This document shows positions 1 through 10,071 of a stretch of DNA of 64,000 nt, piece by piece; position 1 is the first letter of the stretch; each line of letters opens with the position of its first letter. The notes below the pieces were generated by a model. That model was given only the letters and a program-made list of their open reading frames with translations. It was not told the DNA's origin and searched no databases. The translations under genes were made by a program, and so were the position numbers. Source of the DNA: Rhynchopus sp. YZ270_cl-10 (Eukaryota); the NCBI GenBank assembly GCA_964035575.1, contig OZ037835.1, positions 186,001 to 250,000 on the forward strand. Reading direction: 5' to 3'.

Positions 1-310
1 TGACCCAGCATTTATATACCTTGCCAGGGTGAACTTGCATAAAAGAGGGCAGGGGCGTTTAAACCCTGAGGACTAGGGGAAGTCCCGCATACCCCAACAG
101 AAAGACAAAGGCTATGCACTGGTGATATAGGAGAGGCAGGGTTGCTGAAAAACAAAAAGACCCTGAAGGCACAAAAACGCCCCGCATACCCCTCCTCGCC
201 TCCTGTTTTGTAATCTCTCAGGTAGGAGACATCGGTTCGAGCGGTCAACACCTTCATAGAGTTTCTGGAGGAACGGACCCCCGGATGCAATTTAAGGTCC
301 AGCCCAGGAC
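1..310 (-). mobile_element. Fragment of a putative non-autonomous retroposon-like repeat (runs off the window start)
   Basis: 1-26 (TGACCCAGCATTTATATACCTTGCCA) recurs at ~17349-17374. 248-310 (ACCTTCATAGAGTTTC...CCGGATGCAATTTAAGGTCCAGCCCAGGAC) recurs at ~42794-42863. No coding capacity seen; class and orientation are inferred. Confidence 0.35.
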
Positions 311-423
311 CAATTAAAAGTTGAGTAAATTATCTGCGAACAACGTCTCCCTCCATGCTGCGGGGGCACTCGTAAACACTAAATGAACAGAAACAACACA
401 CTTCAGCTCTTGTTACAAGAAAA

Positions 424-586
424 GAAGAAAAAGTGAGGGGGGTACAATATCTCGTACTGTAGTGGGGTGACCATTTTGGTGTGAAGAAGGGAGAGCAAAG
501 GTTGTCCCCGCGACTCCCTTGAAATTGTCCGTCGGGGCAAAATACCGGTTTTTTTTGGGGGGGGCAATTGCACGGGGGAGGGTCGG
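424..586. mobile_element. Partial TA-flanked MITE (right TIR only) just downstream of gene 1
   Basis: Right end ...CACGGGGGAGGGTCGG|TA and internal sequence match the complete copies at 33614-33714 and 48374-48602; the left TIR is missing. Confidence 0.6.
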
Positions 587-630
587 TATTTCTTTTTTTC
601 GAATTCAATTTGTTTTTCTTTGGACCCTTT

Positions 631-3600
631 TTACACATCCTGTGCATAATCCTCACTACCGCCCTGAGGAGAGGCCAGCCCATTCCCGACGGCACTCATC
701 CCTCTGAAGGTACGTGCACGTGGCCCCCCTGGACTCACACCAGCACGCCCGGCACCCATGCCCAGCGCTACGGATCTGGTGTTGCGTGCTGGGAGCGAGG
801 CGGCAAGGTTCTGCTGTGGGAAGCTGACCCCACCCCCTCCCCCTGCTCCCCACCCATCTGCAATGCTGATGCTACTGTTGCTGCCTGGTGGGTCGCTTGG
901 GGGCACACCACTACCACTCCCAGACACACCAGAAAGAGGCAGATGCACAGCAGACCCCAGCTCTTGCAGCGGGACGGCTGGGGTGTAATACGAGTCTCCT
1001 GCATTTCCCGCATCGACCACACGAGAGAACTCGAGCCCAGAGTCGGCGCCACCAGTCCTTACGCTCAAGCGATTCAGGGCTGCACTGGATTGCGCTAGAT
1101 CAGCAGTACGAGGGCTCAACCCTTGCAGTGAGGAGCGGGTCGTTGAATTGATGGAATCAACCTCGAGCTCCCCAAAGACAGAAAGATAGCCCTTTTCGTC
1201 CACTTCACGCGACGCTCCGGTACGTTGATCATCCTTCGCCCAGAGCGTGTCCTGTGTGATGCGCCTGCGTGAGGATACAATGACATAGATGTCTGACACT
1301 GCATCCACCGCCGCCTTGATCAGAATCGCGACCATCGCAACTGTCAGCACCGTGACAGCGGTTTCGAATCTACTGTCATTCAGATCTTCGCTGTAGTACG
1401 CAAGCCCTTGAAACACCATGGCGGCAGTGGTAGCGAGGTATACCAAGGTGTACAGCGCATTGTCCCGCGGTCTACAATACGGCCGCAACGATCCAACAAA
1501 AATTGCCATGGACAGAAACAGAACAGCAAGCCCCATCCGGAGGTGCCCGCACTGCACGAAATCCGTTGTGTCCGGCACCGTCAGCGCCCCCGCAGCGAAC
1601 ATCATCAAGAAGAAAAACGCACAAAACCACGCAGACGCCTGACGGTACGGACGCACCGGGGACATATGGTTTCTCAACCACAGATCCCCTCGCGACACTG
1701 CCACCCATTCACCTGGACCGAGCAGAATCCTTCCTATCGTCCCCACCTCTGTCCCTGCATACACCGCACTCTTTGGCACCCCTCTCCACACACGGTACAC
1801 CACCCAAAACGGCACTGCAACACAAAAAATCAGGCCAAAAAGACCGGAAAGAAATTGCCCCAAATTGCTTGGATAAATGATAAGGTATTGTGTCACAAAC
1901 ACTGTTCCTTGATACAGCAGTATAAAGACGTACAGCCAGACCGAAGGAAGGCCGCCAAATCCTGCATAATGCGCAAACCCTGAAAGAAACGTTGATCCCG
2001 ATGCGTCTGCTGCGCGGGACAACACATGGAGCAGGCCAGAGGCGGCCAGGATGAGGCAGAGGTTGCCTACTAGCGCACCGAGGTGTTGGCTGTTGTCGAT
2101 TTCGAGGCCGAGAACGTTGACGCCGAGGGGCAGGTCAGAGTGCAGGCCGCACTGTGGTGTGCCTACAAGGCCGATGGTGGCGCCTGAGGCAGCGGAGTTG
2201 ACGCTCACGATGCCTAATGCCGGTGCAGTCGCTGCTGCTTTGGAACGTTGTGCTGCAGAGAGCTCGGCTGCAGAGATGACGAGGTCGCAGCTCTGTGCAG
2301 CGTCGTTTCCGTCGTGTGTGACAGTGATGCGTATGTGTTCTGACGAAGTGTAGTGTGCGTCGCCAAGTGCCAGGAGCACACCACCAGGTCGCTGAGGGTG
2401 TGCCGTCAGAACAACAAAGCCGTCCTGCGTGGAGGCCCACTCCGCGCCGTATTTCTCGTGGTTGCCAGAAAGGGAGGTGACAGTGGTTGTGAGCTCGGAG
2501 GCGGGGACGGGAAGGCCGGACGGATGGTAGGCCCCGATCGAGAGTTTGTGTGCGCGCAGGTCTGCTGCGGTTGCCTGAGAGGGGCATTCGAGGTGGAGGG
2601 GGTCCACCTCAGGAGCAGGTGTGTCTGTGGACGGTGCTAAGGACCTGATGTGAGGGCTGAAGGTGTTGCGCGGTGGTGTGAGTGTTGCGTGAGGTGCAAA
2701 CGTCGTATCAGGTGTGGGTGTCGTGTCTGGTGTAGACGTCGTGTCCAGTGGTGGGGGTGTGCCTGCGAGAGGTGCTGCTGTGTTCGGCCCGGTGTTGCCG
2801 TTGGGCGGCGAGAATGTGAACACCATGCGTGGTGCAACAGTGCGCGGCACCCGTGGGCGTGGTGTTGCAGGGGACCTTGATGCAGGGAATGGCGCTAGAG
2901 TAGTCGGTGCCAAGCTTGCCGCAGCTGTCGTAGGAGCCATCGTCACTGCAGATGTGACTGGAAGGCCGGTTGCTGGCAACGTAGCGGGCGACACAGTTGC
3001 CGTCGATGCTGTTGGTGACGCGGTGTCCGGAGTCTGGGTTTGCGGAGGGTCTGTTGTCAGCATCTGCTGCGGCAGAGTTGTGGGAGCAGACGTTAGTGGT
3101 GACAGAGTGACCGGAGCCGGAGTAGGGGACACAGTTACAGGCACGGCTGTGGCAGGGGACAGTGTCGGTGCCTCAGTAACCAGTGTCGTTGGTGCCGGCG
3201 GCACTGCTGTAGATGTCACAGGTGCCAGTGTCGGTTGATCAGGAGTTTGTGGTGACGGCGTAACAGATGCCGGCGTTGGTGGTGACGGAGTCACAGGTGC
3301 ACGTGTTGGTGGTGATGAAGTTGTCGAAGGAATCAATGTTACACCTCCACCAAGCACAGACGGCGACGGCGTATTAGGTGATGGTGTTGGTGGAGACGGT
3401 GTAGGTGGTGACATTGTTGAAGGAATCAATGTTACACCTCCACCAAGCACAGACGGCGACGGCGTATTAGGTGATGGTGTTGGTGGAGACGGTGTAGGTG
3501 GCGACATTGTCGAAGGAATCAATGTTACACCTCCACCAAGCACAGACGGCGACAGCGTATTAGGCGATGGTGTTGGTGGAGACGGTGTAGGTGGCGACAT

Positions 3601-6600
3601 TGTTGAAGGAATCAATGTTACACCTCCACCAAGCACAGACGGCGACAGCGTATTAGGTGACGGTGTAGGTGGCGACATTGTCGAAGGAATCAATGTTACA
3701 CCTCCACCAAGCACAGACGGCGACGGCGTATTAGGCGATGGTGTTGGTGGAGACGGTGTAGGTGGCGACATTGTTGAAGGAATCAATGTTACACCTCCAC
3801 CAAGCACAGACGGCGACGGCGTCGGAGGTGATGGTGTTGGTGGAGACGGTGTAGGTGGCGACATTGTCGAAGGAATCAATGTTACACCTCCACCAAGCAC
3901 AGACGGCGACAGCGTATTAGGTGACGGTGTAGGTGGCGACATTGTCGAAGGAATCAATGTTACACCTCCACCAAGCACAGACGGCGACGGCGTATTAGGC
4001 GATGGTGTTGGTGGAGACGGTGTAGGTGGCGACATTGTTGAAGGAATCAATGTTACACCTCCACCAAGCACAGACGGCGACGGCGTCGGAGGTGATGGTG
4101 TTGGTGGAGACGGTGTAGGTGGCGACATTGTCGAAGGAATCAATGTTACACCTCCACCAAGCACAGACGGCGACAGCGTATTAGGTGACGGTGTAGGTGG
4201 CGACATTGTCGAAGGAATCAATGTTACACCTCCACCAAGCACAGACGGCGACGGCGTCGGAGGTGATGGTGTTGGTGGAGACGGTGTAGGTGGCGACATT
4301 GTCGAAGGAATCAATGTTACACCTCCACCAAGCACAGACGGCGACGGCGTCGGAGGTGATGGTGTGGGTGGTGCCGGTGTTACAGGTGCAGGTGTTCGAG
4401 GTGATGGAGTAACAGGTGCCGGTGTTGGTGGTGACGGTGTTACAGGTGCAGGTGTTGGAGGTGATGGAGTAACGGGTGCCGGTGTTGGTGGTGACGGTGT
4501 TACAGGTGCAGGTGTTGGAGGTGATGGAGTAACAGGTGCCGGTGTTGCTGGTGATGGAGCAACAGGTGCAGGGGTTGGAGGTGACGGTATTACAGGTGCA
4601 GGTGTTGGAGGTGATGGAGTAACAGGTGCCGGTGTTGGTGGTGATGGAGTAACAGGTGCCGGTGTTGGTGGTGATGGAGTAACAGGTGCCGGTGTTGGTG
4701 GTGACGGTGTTACAGGTGCCGGTGTTGGAGGTGATGGAGTAACAGGTGCCGGTGTTGGTGGTGATGGAGTAACAGGTGCCGGTGTTGGTGGTGATGGAGT
4801 AACAGGTGCCGGTGTTGGTGGTGACGGTGTTACAGGTGCCGGTGTTGGAGGTGATGGAGTCACAGGTGCCGGTGTTGGTGGTGATGGAGTAACAGGTGCA
4901 GGGGTTGGTGGTGACGGTGTTACAGGTGCCGGTGTTGGAGGTGATGGAGTAACAGGTGCCGGTGTTGGTGGTGATGGAGTAACAGGTGCCGGTGTTGGTG
5001 GTGATGGAGTAACAGGTGCCGGTGTTGGTGGTGACGGTGTTACAGGTGCCGGTGTTGGAGGTGATGGAGTCACAGGTGCCGGTGTTGGAGGTGATGGAGT
5101 CACAGGTGCCGGTGTTGGTGGTGATGGAGTAACAGGTGCCGGTGTTGGTGGTGATGGAGTAACAGGTGCAGGGGTTGGTGGTGACGGTGTTACAGGTGCC
5201 GGTGTTGGAGGTGATGGAGTCACAGGTGCCGGTGTTGGTGGTGATGGAGTAACAGGTGCAGGGGTTGGTGGTGACGGTGTTACAGGTGCCGGTGTTGGTG
5301 GTGATGGAGTAACAGGTGCCGGTGTTGGTGGTGATGGAGTAACAGGTGCAGGGGTTGGTGGTGACGGTGTTACAGGTGCCGGTGTTGGAGGTGATGGAGT
5401 AACAGGTGCCGGTGTTGCTGGTGATGGAGTAACAGGTGCCGGTGTTGGTGGTGATGGAGTAACAGGTGCAGGGGTTGGTGGTGACGGTGTTACAGGTGCA
5501 GGTGTTGGAGGTGATGGAGTAACAGGTGCCGGTGTTGGTGGTGATGGAGTAACAGGTGCAGGGGTTGGAGGTGACGGTGTTACAGGTGCAGGTGTTGGAG
5601 GTGATGGAGTATCAGGCGGTGTTGGTGGTGATGGAGTAACAGGTGCAGGGGTTGGTGGTGACGGTGTTACAGGTGCAGGTGTTGGAGGTGATGGAGTATC
5701 AGGTGCCGGTGCTGGTGGTGATGGAGTAACAGGTGCAGGGGTTGGTGGTGACGGCGTTACAGGTGCCGGTGTTGGTGGTGATGGAGTAACAGGTGCAGGG
5801 GTTGGCGGTGACGGTGTTACAGGTGCCGGTGTTGGAGGTGATGGTGTCGGAGGACTTGGGGTCGGTGGTGACGGAGTCGGTGGTGACGGTGTCGGTGGTG
5901 ACGGAGTAGGTGGTGACGGTGTCGGAGGACTTGGGGTCGGTGGTGACGGAGTCGGTGGTGACGGTGTCGGAGGACTCGGAGTCGGTGGTGACGGAGTAGG
6001 TGGACTTGGAGTAGGTGGTGACGGTGTCGGAGGACTCGGAGTAGGTGGTGACGGTGTCGGAGGACTCGGAGTTGGTGGTGACGGAGTAGGTGGACTCGGA
6101 GTAGGTGGTGATGGTGTCGGAGGACTTGGAGTCGGTGGTGACGGAGTCGGTGGTGACGGTGTCGGAGGACTCGGAGTCGGTGGTGACGGTGTCGGAGGAC
6201 TCGGAGTAGGTGGTGACGGAGTAGGTGGACTCGGAGTAGGTGGTGATGGTGTCGGAGGACTTGGAGTCGGTGGTGACGGAGTCGGTGGTGACGGTGTCGG
6301 AGGACTCGGAGTCGGTGGTGACGGAGTAGGTGGACTCGGAGTAGGTGGTGATGATGTCGGAGGACTTGGAGTCGGTGGTGACGGAGTAGGTGGACTCGGA
6401 GTAGGTGGTGACAGAGTCGGTGGTGATGGTGTCGGAGGACTTGGAGTCGGTGGTGACGGAGTAGGTGGACTCGGAGTAGGTGGTGACGGTGTCGGAGGAC
6501 TCGGAGTCGGTGGTGACGGTGTCGGAGGACTCGGAGTAGGTGGTGACGGAGTAGGTGGACTCGGAGTAGGTGGTGACGGTGTCGGAGGACTCGGAGTCGG

Positions 6601-9600
6601 TGGTGACGGAGTAGGTGGACTCGGAGTAGGTGGTGACGGTGTCGGAGGACTCGGAGTCGGTGGTGACGGAGTAGGTGGACTCGGAGTAGGTGGTGACGGT
6701 GTCGGAGGACTCGGAGTCGGTGGTGACGGAGTAGGTGGCGATGGTGTCGGAGGACTCGGAGTCGGTGGTGACGGAGTAGGTGGACTCGGAGTAGGTGGTG
6801 ATGGTGTCGGAGGACTTGGAGTGGGTGGTGACGGAGTAGGTGGTGATGGTGTCGGAGGACTTGGAGTCGGTGGTGACGGAGTAGGTGGACTTGGAGTAGG
6901 TGGTGACGGTGTCGGAGGACTTGGAGTGGGTGGTGACGGAGTAGGTGGACTCGGAGTAGGTGGTGACGGTGTCGGAGGACTCGGAGTCGGTGGTGACGGA
7001 GTAGGTGGACTCGGAGTAGGTGGTGACGGTGTCGGAGGACTCGGAGTCGGTGGTGACGGAGTAGGTGGACTCGGAGTTGGTGGTGATGGTGTCGGAGGAC
7101 TTGGAGTCGGTGGTGACGGAGTAGGTGGTGACGGTGTCGGAGGACTCGGAGTCGGTGGTGACGGAGTAGGTGGACTCGGAGTTGGTGGTGACGGTGTCGG
7201 AGGACTCGGAGTCGGTGGTGACGGAGTAGGTGGCGATGGTGTCGGAGGACTCGGAGTCGGTGGTGACGGAGTAGGTGGACTCGGAGTTGGTGGTGACGGT
7301 GTCGGAGGACTCGGAGTCGGTGGTGACGGAGTAGGTGGCGATGGTGTCGGAGGACTCGGAGTCGGTGGTGACGGAGTAGGTGGACTCGGAGTAGGTGGTG
7401 ACGGTGTCGGAGGACTCGGAGTCGGTGGTGACGGAGTAGGTGGACTCGGAGTAGGTGGTGACGGTGTCGGTGGACTCGGAGTTGGTGGTGATGGTGTCGG
7501 AGGACTTGGAGTCGGTGGTGACGGAGTAGGTGGTGACGGTGTCGGAGGACTCGGAGTCGGTGGTGACGGAGTAGGTGGACTCGGAGTAGGTGGTGATGGT
7601 GTCGGAGGACTTGGAGTGGGTGGTGACGGAGTAGGTGGTGATGGTGTCGGAGGACTTGGAGTCGGTGGTGACGGAGTAGGTGGACTTGGAGTAGGTGGTG
7701 ACGGTGTCGGAGGACTTGGAGTGGGTGGTGACGGAGTAGGTGGACTCGGAGTAGGTGGTGATGGTGTCGGAGGACTTGGAGTAGGTGGTGACGGAGTAGG
7801 TGGACTCGGAGTAGGTGGTGATGGTGTCGGAGGACTTGGAGTCGGTGGTGACGGAGTCGGTGGTGACGGTGTCGGAGGACTCGGAGTAGGTGGTGACGGA
7901 GTAGGTGGACTTGGAGTAGGTGGTGACGGTGTCGGAGGACTTGGAGTGGGTGGTGACGGAGTAGGTGGTGATGGTGTCGGAGGACTTGGAGTCGGTGGTG
8001 ACGGAGTAGGTGGACTTGGAGTAGGTGGTGACGGTGTCGGAGGACTTGGAGTGGGTGGTGACGGAGTAGGTGGACTCGGAGTAGGTGGTGATGGTGTCGG
8101 AGGACTTGGAGTAGGTGGTGACGGAGTAGGTGGACTCGGAGTAGGTGGTGATGGTGTCGGAGGACTTGGAGTCGGTGGTGACGGAGTCGGTGGTGACGGT
8201 GTCGGAGGACTCGGAGTAGGTGGTGACGGAGTAGGTGGACTTGGAGTAGGTGGTGACGGTGTCGGAGGACTTGGAGTGGGTGGTGACGGAGTAGGTGGTG
8301 ATGGTGTCGGAGGACTTGGAGTCGGTGGTGACGGAGTAGGTGGACTTGGAGTAGGTGGTGATGGTGTCGGAGGACTTGGAGTAGGTGGACTTGGAGTAGG
8401 TGGTGACGGTGTCGGAGGACTTGGAGTGGGTGGTGATGGTGTCGGGGGACTTGGAGTCGGTGGTGACGGAGTAGGTGGACTTGGAGTGGGTGGTGACGGA
8501 GTCGGTGGTGACGGAGTAGGTGGACTTGGAGTAGGTGGTGATGGTGTCGGAGGACTTGGAGTCGGTGGTGACGGAGTAGGTGGACTTGGAGTGGGTGGTG
8601 ACGGAGTCGGTGGTGACGGAGTAGGTGGACTTGGAGTAGGTGGTGATGGTGTCGGAGGACTTGGAGTAGGTGGACTTGGAGTAGGTGGTGACGGTGTCGG
8701 AGGACTTGGAGTGGGTGGTGATGGTGTCGGGGGACTTGGAGTCGGTGGTGACGGAGTAGGTGGACTTGGAGTGGGTGGTGACGGAGTCGGTGGTGACGGA
8801 GTAGGTGGACTTGGAGTAGGTGGTGATGGTGTCGGAGGACTTGGAGTCGGTGGTGACGGAGTAGGTGGACTTGGAGTGGGTGGTGACGGAGTCGGTGGTG
8901 ACGGAGTAGGTGGACTTGGAGTAGGTGGTGATGGTGTCGGAGGACTCGGAGTTGGTGGTGACGGTGTTGGCGGTGCATCAGTGTCCGGAGCATATGTCGC
9001 ATCGCACGCATAGAACTTGAAGTTCTTGACGGTGCCGTCGAGCGCCGCATCATGGGGCCACGGGCTTCTCTTCACGAGGTTGATCGTGCGTGTGGCCATG
9101 AGGGGAAGAGCTGCGACGCCACTCACGCGCTCGACACCATCGATGTAGAGCACAGCCGACCCTGTCGTAGGGCCCGTGCGTGTGTACACCAGCACCATAG
9201 ACATCTCGACACCCAACGGCGAGGCTACGGGGTCCGTGATCCCAGCCTGCCCTGAGGTGCCGTGGTACACCTGGGCGTGCCACTTCCCCTGATATATCCC
9301 AAGAAGCACATTGTCCTGGTTTGGTCCATTCGAAAAGTCAAACACACGTCCCCAAGACGTCGCTACATTCACGGTCACATCCGCCTCCATCCGGAACCCA
9401 CCCCCAAAGGTTAGAGTTCGGGTAGAGTCATGTTCACTGCTGTCTGCGAACGACGTGAGCAGGATGGGAGCGGCACACGGCTGTGGTGGAGGTGCGTGAG
9501 TTGGCGGTGCATCAGTGTCCGGAGCATTTGTCGCATCGCACGCATAGAACTTGAAGTTCTTGACAGTGCCGTCGAGCGGAGAATCGTGAGGCCACGGGCT

Positions 9601-10071
9601 TCTCTTCACGAGGTTGATCGTGCGTGTGGCCATGAGGGGAAGAGCTGCGACGCCACTCACGCGCTCGACACCATCGATGTAGAGCACAGCCGACCCTGTC
9701 GTAGGGCCCGTGCGTGTGAACACCAGCACCATAGACATCTCGACACCCAACGGCGTGGGTACGGGGTCCAAGATCCCAGCCTGTCCTGTGGCGCCGTGGT
9801 ACATATGAGCGTCCCACCTCCCCCCGTTTAGCCCAAGCAGCACATTGTCCTGGGCTGCTCCATTCGAAAAGTCAAACACACGTCCCCAAGACGTCGCTGC
9901 ATTCACGGTCACATCCGCCTCCATCCGGAACCCACCCCCAAAGGTTAGAGTTCGGGTAGAGTCATGTTCACTACTGTCTGCGAACGACGTGAGCAGGATG
10001 GGAGCAGCACACGGCTGTGGTGGCACAGCTGCAGCACTGCATATCAAAGCAGACAAGAATGCAAATCGCAT
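631..10071 (-). CDS. Surface protein, gene 1 (type A anchor): signal peptide, 2 LamG/ConA-like cassettes, ~2100-aa Pro/Thr/Ser stalk, small Cys-bounded domain, 7-8 TM domain, cytoplasmic tail
   Basis: 3146-aa ORF. Starts MRFAFLSALICSAAA. SWGRVFDFSNG..DNVLLG..W..LYIDG motif twice, 534 bp apart. (PPTPS)n stalk. Multiple hydrophobic helices with GALVGN, LPS..YQG, GPGEW and RPY motifs. Near-identical paralogs at 33757 and 48647. Confidence 0.9.
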   Translation of the reverse strand: MRFAFLSALICSAAAVPPQPCAAPILLTSFADSSEHDSTRTLTFGGGFRMEADVTVNAATSWGRVFDFSNGAAQDNVLLGLNGGRWDAHMYHGATGQAGILDPVPTPLGVEMSMVLVFTRTGPTTGSAVLYIDGVERVSGVAALPLMATRTINLVKRSPWPHDSPLDGTVKNFKFYACDATNAPDTDAPPTHAPPPQPCAAPILLTSFADSSEHDSTRTLTFGGGFRMEADVTVNVATSWGRVFDFSNGPNQDNVLLGIYQGKWHAQVYHGTSGQAGITDPVASPLGVEMSMVLVYTRTGPTTGSAVLYIDGVERVSGVAALPLMATRTINLVKRSPWPHDAALDGTVKNFKFYACDATYAPDTDAPPTPSPPTPSPPTPSPPTPSPPTPSPPTPSPPTPSPPTPSPPTPSPPTPSPPTPSPPTPSPPTPSPPTPSPPTPSPPTPSPPTPSPPTPSPPTPSPPTPSPPTPSPPTPSPPTPSPPTPSPPTPSPPTPSPPTPSPPTPSPPTPSPPTPSPPTPSPPTPSPPTPSPPTPSPPTPSPPTPSPPTPSPPTPSPPTPSPPTPSPPTPSPPTPSPPTPSPPTPSPPTPSPPTPSPPTPSPPTPSPPTPSPPTPSPPTPSPPTPSPPTPSPPTPSPPTPSPPTPSPPTPSPPTPSPPTPSPPTPSPPTPSPPTPSPPTPSPPTPSPPTPSPPTPSPPTPSPPTPSPPTPSPPTPSPPTPSPPTPSPPTPSPPTPSPPTPSPPTPSPPTPSPPTPSPPTPSPPTPSPPTPSPPTPSPPTPSPPTPSPPTPSPPTPSPPTPSPPTPSPPTPSPPTPSPPTPSPPTPSPPTPSPPTPSPPTPSPPTPSPPTPSPPTPSPPTPSPPTPSPPTPSPPTPSPPTPSPPTPSPPTPSPPTPSPPTPSPPTPSPPTPSPPTPSPPTPSPPTPSPPTPSPPTPSPPTPSPPTPSPPTPSPPTPSPPTPSPPTPSPPTPSPPTPSPPTPSPPTPSPPTPSPPTPSPPTPSPPTPSPPTPSPPTPSPPTPSPPTPSPPTPSPPTPSPPTPSPPTPSPPTPSPPTPSPPTPSPPTPSPPTPSPPTPSPPTPSPPTPSPPTPSPPTPSPPTPSPPTPSPPTPSPPTPSPPTPSPPTPSPPTPSPPTPSPPTPSPPTPSPPTPSPPTPSPPTPSPPTPSPPTPSPPTPSPPTPSPPTPSPPTPSPPTPSPPTPSPPTPSPPTPSPPTPSPPTLSPPTPSPPTPSPPTPSPPTSSPPTPSPPTPSPPTPSPPTPSPPTPSPPTPSPPTPSPPTPSPPTPSPPTPSPPTPSPPTPSPPTPSPPTPSPPTPSPPTPSPPTPSPPTPSPPTPSPPTPSPPTPSPPTPSPPTPSPPTPSPPTPSPPTPSPPTPSPPTPSPPTPSPPTPSPPTPSPPTPSPPTPSPPTPSPPTPAPVTPSPPTPAPVTPSPPTPAPVTPSPPTPAPVTPSPPAPAPDTPSPPTPAPVTPSPPTPAPVTPSPPTPPDTPSPPTPAPVTPSPPTPAPVTPSPPTPAPVTPSPPTPAPVTPSPPTPAPVTPSPPTPAPVTPSPATPAPVTPSPPTPAPVTPSPPTPAPVTPSPPTPAPVTPSPPTPAPVTPSPPTPAPVTPSPPTPAPVTPSPPTPAPVTPSPPTPAPVTPSPPTPAPVTPSPPTPAPVTPSPPTPAPVTPSPPTPAPVTPSPPTPAPVTPSPPTPAPVTPSPPTPAPVTPSPPTPAPVTPSPPTPAPVTPSPPTPAPVTPSPPTPAPVTPSPPTPAPVTPSPPTPAPVTPSPPTPAPVTPSPPTPAPVTPSPPTPAPVTPSPPTPAPVTPSPPTPAPVTPSPPTPAPVIPSPPTPAPVAPSPATPAPVTPSPPTPAPVTPSPPTPAPVTPSPPTPAPVTPSPPTPAPVTPSPRTPAPVTPAPPTPSPPTPSPSVLGGGVTLIPSTMSPPTPSPPTPSPPTPSPSVLGGGVTLIPSTMSPPTPSPNTLSPSVLGGGVTLIPSTMSPPTPSPPTPSPPTPSPSVLGGGVTLIPSTMSPPTPSPPTPSPNTPSPSVLGGGVTLIPSTMSPPTPSPNTLSPSVLGGGVTLIPSTMSPPTPSPPTPSPPTPSPSVLGGGVTLIPSTMSPPTPSPPTPSPNTPSPSVLGGGVTLIPSTMSPPTPSPNTLSPSVLGGGVTLIPSTMSPPTPSPPTPSPNTLSPSVLGGGVTLIPSTMSPPTPSPPTPSPNTPSPSVLGGGVTLIPSTMSPPTPSPPTPSPNTPSPSVLGGGVTLIPSTTSSPPTRAPVTPSPPTPASVTPSPQTPDQPTLAPVTSTAVPPAPTTLVTEAPTLSPATAVPVTVSPTPAPVTLSPLTSAPTTLPQQMLTTDPPQTQTPDTASPTASTATVSPATLPATGLPVTSAVTMAPTTAAASLAPTTLAPFPASRSPATPRPRVPRTVAPRMVFTFSPPNGNTGPNTAAPLAGTPPPLDTTSTPDTTPTPDTTFAPHATLTPPRNTFSPHIRSLAPSTDTPAPEVDPLHLECPSQATAADLRAHKLSIGAYHPSGLPVPASELTTTVTSLSGNHEKYGAEWASTQDGFVVLTAHPQRPGGVLLALGDAHYTSSEHIRITVTHDGNDAAQSCDLVISAAELSAAQRSKAAATAPALGIVSVNSAASGATIGLVGTPQCGLHSDLPLGVNVLGLEIDNSQHLGALVGNLCLILAASGLLHVLSRAADASGSTFLSGFAHYAGFGGLPSVWLYVFILLYQGTVFVTQYLIIYPSNLGQFLSGLFGLIFCVAVPFWVVYRVWRGVPKSAVYAGTEVGTIGRILLGPGEWVAVSRGDLWLRNHMSPVRPYRQASAWFCAFFFLMMFAAGALTVPDTTDFVQCGHLRMGLAVLFLSMAIFVGSLRPYCRPRDNALYTLVYLATTAAMVFQGLAYYSEDLNDSRFETAVTVLTVAMVAILIKAAVDAVSDIYVIVSSRRRITQDTLWAKDDQRTGASREVDEKGYLSVFGELEVDSINSTTRSSLQGLSPRTADLAQSSAALNRLSVRTGGADSGLEFSRVVDAGNAGDSYYTPAVPLQELGSAVHLPLSGVSGSGSGVPPSDPPGSNSSISIADGWGAGGGGGVSFPQQNLAASLPARNTRSVALGMGAGRAGVSPGGPRARTFRGMSAVGNGLASPQGGSEDYAQDV
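3320..8965 (-). repeat. Coding tandem repeats of the gene 1 stalk: 15-bp (PPTPS), 30-bp (PPTPAPVTPS) and 75/90-bp (SVLGGGVTLIPSTMSPPTPS..) arrays
   Basis: Directly visible: 75/90-bp units ~3320-4365, 30-bp units ~4366-5830, 15-bp units ~5830-8965. Confidence 0.95.

Noticed and set aside
4364..9053. Long antisense (GGDGV/GGLGV) and alternative-frame (LRHHH) ORFs, likewise at 35870-41735 and 50802-53400
   Set aside because: Shadow frames of the Pro/Thr/Ser repeats, which lack stops by composition.
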